The notes under the pieces were generated by a model, which saw only the letters and a program-made list of their open reading frames with translations, made no database searches and was not told the origin of the DNA. Shown one piece after another: positions 60,509 to 64,000 of a stretch of 64,000 bases of DNA (the first letter of the stretch is position 1; every line of letters starts with the position of its first letter). The DNA comes from Prevotella sp. (GTDB lineage Bacteria > Bacteroidota > Bacteroidia > Bacteroidales > Bacteroidaceae): contig SUYH01000009.1 in NCBI GenBank assembly GCA_015060535.1, positions 85,482 through 149,481 on the forward strand, given 5' to 3'. Position numbers and translations under genes: made by a program.

Positions 60509-60588
60509 GTATTAGTTGACTATTCCTGTCAAAGGAACTTGTGCAATATTTGCACAAGTTCGTTCTTCTCAGCATGCTCAATAAAAAC

Positions 60589-60629
60589 ACCAGCGAGACA
60601 AACAAATGATTCTTGTTTGTCTCGCTGGT
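60589..60629. terminator. 17-bp perfect stem hairpin
   Basis: accagcgagacaaacaa-atgattc-ttgtttgtctcgctggt. Confidence 0.5.
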
Positions 60630-60943
60630 ATTCAATCGATTAAGCCTATGTTCAGACTTTAATACTCATCCTCGTTGAAAACTTGGCTCTCAATTGATTA
60701 TCAACAGCTTATATAGATCAGGACCGTCCCCTGATCTAGCGCGTCACCGCCATGGGTTTCCCTCGCGGATGGGAGAGCGAGCCTTTGTGGCAATAACCGC
60801 CGTTTCATAACCCTTCTCTTCCAAATATTCACAAAACCCCTGAACATTTGTTCAGACTTTCACCTCGGCAGACACTTTTTAGGTCTCGCTATGAACGCTT
60901 TCGTGGGAAATTTAGTAACTTTGCAGCCAAACAAACACTGACG

Positions 60944-61522
60944 ATGGAACAGAAATTCGGGAAAAACAGTATTGACATCAAGGCGCTGCGCGAGTTTTGC
61001 GAGCGCGAGGGCAAGGAAGTGACTTACCGTAAGGGCGACCAGATGGAGCGCGAGGGCGACCCCGCACGTTGGTTCGGCTTCGTCACCGAGGGATGCTTCA
61101 AGTATGTAACGTATGGCATCAGCGATGATAGGGAGCATATCACATGGTTCTCGTTCGAGGGCGAGTTTGCTGGCGACTATCCCGCCTGCCTCGACGGTCG
61201 TCCATCGCAGACTACGATCAAGGCGATGATGCCCAGCCGCATGCTCCGTGTGAGCGGCGAACAGCTGATGGACTTTTTCCGTCAAGACGCTGAAAAGATG
61301 GAGTTGCGCAGTATCTGTGCCGAGCATGTGCTAAGGCAGCGCAATCAGTGCTACCTCGACCTCCACCGCGCCACAGCCCGCGAACGCTACGAGCGGCTGC
61401 TGCAGCGTTGTCCCGGTATTGTTGAGCATCTTGCCTTGCAAGACCTCGCCTCGTTCCTCTGCATCACCCCGCAGATGCTCTCCAAAATTCGCAAAAACAT
61501 CTCTTTCGGAGCACAAAAATAG
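60944..61522 (+). CDS. Crp/Fnr family transcriptional regulator
   Basis: cNMP-binding-like YRKGD...FVTEG.F; TARERYE.LL..CPGI...DLASFLCITPQMLSKIRK HTH; start placed at MEQKF. Confidence 0.88.
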   Translation: MEQKFGKNSIDIKALREFCEREGKEVTYRKGDQMEREGDPARWFGFVTEGCFKYVTYGISDDREHITWFSFEGEFAGDYPACLDGRPSQTTIKAMMPSRMLRVSGEQLMDFFRQDAEKMELRSICAEHVLRQRNQCYLDLHRATARERYERLLQRCPGIVEHLALQDLASFLCITPQMLSKIRKNISFGAQK

Positions 61523-61655
61523 CATTTTTACAAAAATTCACTGAAACTAGTTTCAGACTTTCACCCCCGACAGCATTTTTTCGGTCATGTCGGGGGCTTT
61601 TTCGTGGGACTTTCTGTAACTTTGTGGCTCGGAATAACAATAAAACGAAACGAAT

Positions 61656-62861
61656 ATGAAGAAAACCATCATCACCATCCTGCTCGCCCTCGTCGCAATT
61701 GTGGGGCTGGCGCAGGCTCAACTCGAAAGCGTGAAGGAACTCACGATGAAGTCGGAGTATTTCAACCACGAGCGGCAGGTGCTTATCTACACGCCTGGAG
61801 GCTATCAGCAGTTCGACCAGACCTACTACGATGTCATTTACGTGTTCGACGCGCAGTGCCGCGAGATGTTCGACCTCGTACACTGCCTGCTCAACATGGC
61901 TTGCAAGCCTGACCCCGACGGCGGCAGGAGTACGAGTTTCATCATCGTGGGCATCTGCTCACCAACCCTTTGGGACATCAACTATTTTCGCAACCACGAC
62001 TACCTGCCCATGCCCCTGCATGGCAACACTGGGCTGTTCAAGGAGGGCTACTACTACGGCAAATCGCCCGACCTGAAGAAATTCGTCAAGAATGAGTTGA
62101 TGCCATACGTGAAGAAGAACTATCGCACGTCGGGACGCTCCCTCGGCATCGGCCATTCGCTGAGCGCGTCTTTCGTGCTCGACGCGATGATTACCGACGA
62201 CCTCTTCGACGACTACATCGCCATATCGCCCAACTGCGACTACGACGAGTACCGATTGGCCACGGACATTGAGAACTACCAGTTCAAGAACCGCAAGGAT
62301 CCCCGCTTCATCTATGCATCGATGTCGGGCGAGATTGACAGCGGCCCTGATTTCTGGGGCGATGAGTGGAAGACGGGCTGGGAGCGTGTGAGCGCAGTTC
62401 TCAAAGACAAGGCGCACTTCCCCGAAAACACCGTCACATCCGTACACACCTTCCCCGGCTACGGCCATTACAACGGCTTCATGCCCAGCCTCACACAAGC
62501 CCTGAACGACTACATCGTTTTCGGCGCCAAGAATTTGGTGAGCTATGTCGGCGAAGAGACCTACCCCGTCCACATCGAATTGCGCGGCAAAAACCTCACG
62601 GACACTATTTATATCACAGGCAACCAGGACGCGCTGGCCAACTGGGAGGCAAAGGGTGTGAAGATGACGCTTATCAGCGACAGCATCGCCTCTATCGACC
62701 TCCATCTGCACCTGCCCGCCCAGTTCAAGTTCACCCGAGGCAGTTGGGAGCGCGAGGCCATCATATCAAATGCCGACACAGGCAACCACATCATACACGA
62801 CGCAGAGCACGCCAACCGCGTGTACCGCCTGTGGGAGAGGAATCAATGGATGGGAGAGTAA
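61656..62861 (+). CDS. alpha/beta hydrolase esterase with C-terminal CBM20-like domain
   Basis: Signal peptide; IYTPGGY, VIYVFDA, GHSLSA; IYITGN..ALANW and FKFTRGSWE. Confidence 0.8.
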   Translation: MKKTIITILLALVAIVGLAQAQLESVKELTMKSEYFNHERQVLIYTPGGYQQFDQTYYDVIYVFDAQCREMFDLVHCLLNMACKPDPDGGRSTSFIIVGICSPTLWDINYFRNHDYLPMPLHGNTGLFKEGYYYGKSPDLKKFVKNELMPYVKKNYRTSGRSLGIGHSLSASFVLDAMITDDLFDDYIAISPNCDYDEYRLATDIENYQFKNRKDPRFIYASMSGEIDSGPDFWGDEWKTGWERVSAVLKDKAHFPENTVTSVHTFPGYGHYNGFMPSLTQALNDYIVFGAKNLVSYVGEETYPVHIELRGKNLTDTIYITGNQDALANWEAKGVKMTLISDSIASIDLHLHLPAQFKFTRGSWEREAIISNADTGNHIIHDAEHANRVYRLWERNQWMGE

Positions 62862-62922
62862 AAGTCAAAAATAAAACAAATATAAAGAACAAGAATCTTC
62901 CGTTTAGCATATATAAGAAGAT

Positions 62923-63247
62923 GTGACCCAATCACTTTACGTCAAACTTTCAAAAAACAGTAAGGATTATGGAGAACCCGACATTACCTACCAACTGGCT
63001 GGCTGCGCTGAGCATCTACTCAGTCAGGCCCGTTCCTGCTACATCGACCTCCACCGCGCCACAGCCCGCGAACGCTATGAGTTGCTGCTGCAGCGTTGTC
63101 CCGGTATTGTTGAGCATCTTGCCTTGCAAGACCTCGCCTCGTTCTTGCGTCCCGTTGGTAGCAAGCGGCAAAGCCGAGCGCCTCTGCATCACCCCGCAGA
63201 TGCTTTCCAAAATTCGCAAAAACATCTCTTTCGGAGCACAAAAATAG
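62923..63247 (+). pseudogene. truncated, frameshifted second Crp/Fnr copy
   Basis: 63037-63247 nearly identical to 61349-61522 except for a 37-bp insertion at 63145-63181; cNMP domain missing. Confidence 0.8.
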
Positions 63248-63472
63248 CTTTTTTTACAAAAATTCACTGAAACTAGTTTCAGAGTTTCACCCTCGGCATC
63301 CGATTTTCGGTTTTGTCGGGGGCTTTTTCGTGGGACTTTCCGTAATTTTGTGGCTCGAAATGACAAAAGACAGTAGAAAAATGAAGGAAATTTGAAAAAA
63401 GTTATCGTTTTGCTTAGTTTTTCGGTTCGCTGAACCGTCCTTGTCGTGTATGACCGAGTAAAAAGTCTGTTT

Positions 63473-63973
63473 ATGACGAAAGAAGAATTTGAAAGCATAT
63501 ACCGTCAGCATTATGCCAAGATGTACCGTCTGGCAAGGATGATGCTCTATGATGCCGACGAAAGCAAGGACGTGGTAAGCGACATCTTCGCCCGACTGTT
63601 ACGGGAGAAGAATCAACCCCAACAGAACCAGACGGAAGGCTACCTGATGACTGCTGTGCGCAACCGCTGTCGCGACGTGCTCAGCCACAAGTCGATACGG
63701 GAACGAGTAGAAAGGCTCTTCTTGCAGGAGTCGATGCAGGGCCATATCATCGCTATGAATGATGATGACCGTCTGGAACGACTGATGCAATTTATCGAGG
63801 CGGAACTGCCACCGCTCAGCCAGCAGATCTTCCGACTGCGGTTTCTCAGCGAGATGAGTTATGAGGAAGTAGCACAGGCCGCAGGTGTAAGCAAAGTCAC
63901 GGTCTACAACCATTTGTCACAGTCGGTACAACGAATCAAGGAGTATTTTCAGCAACAAACAGCAAAACGATAA
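63473..63973 (+). CDS. ECF RNA polymerase sigma-70 factor
   Basis: FESIYRQHY, DVVSDIF, AVRNRC; region 4 SYEEVAQAAGVSKVTVYNHL. Confidence 0.9.
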   Translation: MTKEEFESIYRQHYAKMYRLARMMLYDADESKDVVSDIFARLLREKNQPQQNQTEGYLMTAVRNRCRDVLSHKSIRERVERLFLQESMQGHIIAMNDDDRLERLMQFIEAELPPLSQQIFRLRFLSEMSYEEVAQAAGVSKVTVYNHLSQSVQRIKEYFQQQTAKR

Positions 63974-63978
63974 ACGTT

Positions 63979-64000
63979 ATGGAACAGCAAGACAAATTGG
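63979..64000 (+). CDS. start of downstream gene (possible anti-sigma partner), 3'-partial
   Basis: ATG 5 nt after the sigma stop; MEQQDKL... Confidence 0.35.

Overview
Bacteroidota DNA, most likely Prevotellaceae (TAnnTTTG promoters, SusC/SusD pair, Prevotella-type T9SS C-terminal tails). 1-36.5 kb is mostly core genome: a non-canonical rhamnose-type catabolic operon (rhaB, FucI/AraA-family isomerase, MFS, rhaD), queH, a nucleoside kinase, a Na/Pi cotransporter, an Oar-like TonB receptor with a BACON/OB-fold lipoprotein, an M16 peptidase, metK-DUF4271-hemD-rnpA-yidD-tyrS, tRNA-Gln, DUF2723, purD, serB, DPP-IV, a THUMP methyltransferase and a two-component pair. 36.7-50.1 kb is a LacI-regulated PUL (SusC, SusD, two lipoproteins, two tandem GH5). 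From 50.1 kb the DNA is accessory. The most striking signal is at 51.5-58.2 kb: eight co-oriented 27-29-bp hairpin repeats (GGACACAG-A-GGG-TCTGT-CCC-G-CTGTGTCC) delimit seven segments of 124-2393 bp. These segments hold intact genes (GNAT TA-like pair, DUF3667, GH26, RloA/RloB AbiL-like pair) or gene fragments cut at the repeats (WYL-like 3' end, RhuM pieces, one RhuM piece present twice). A palindrome- and repeat-rich region precedes the array, and no recombinase is visible in the window. This is a candidate repeat-delimited DNA-capture or cassette array. All family assignments are from motif recognition by eye; no database searches were run.
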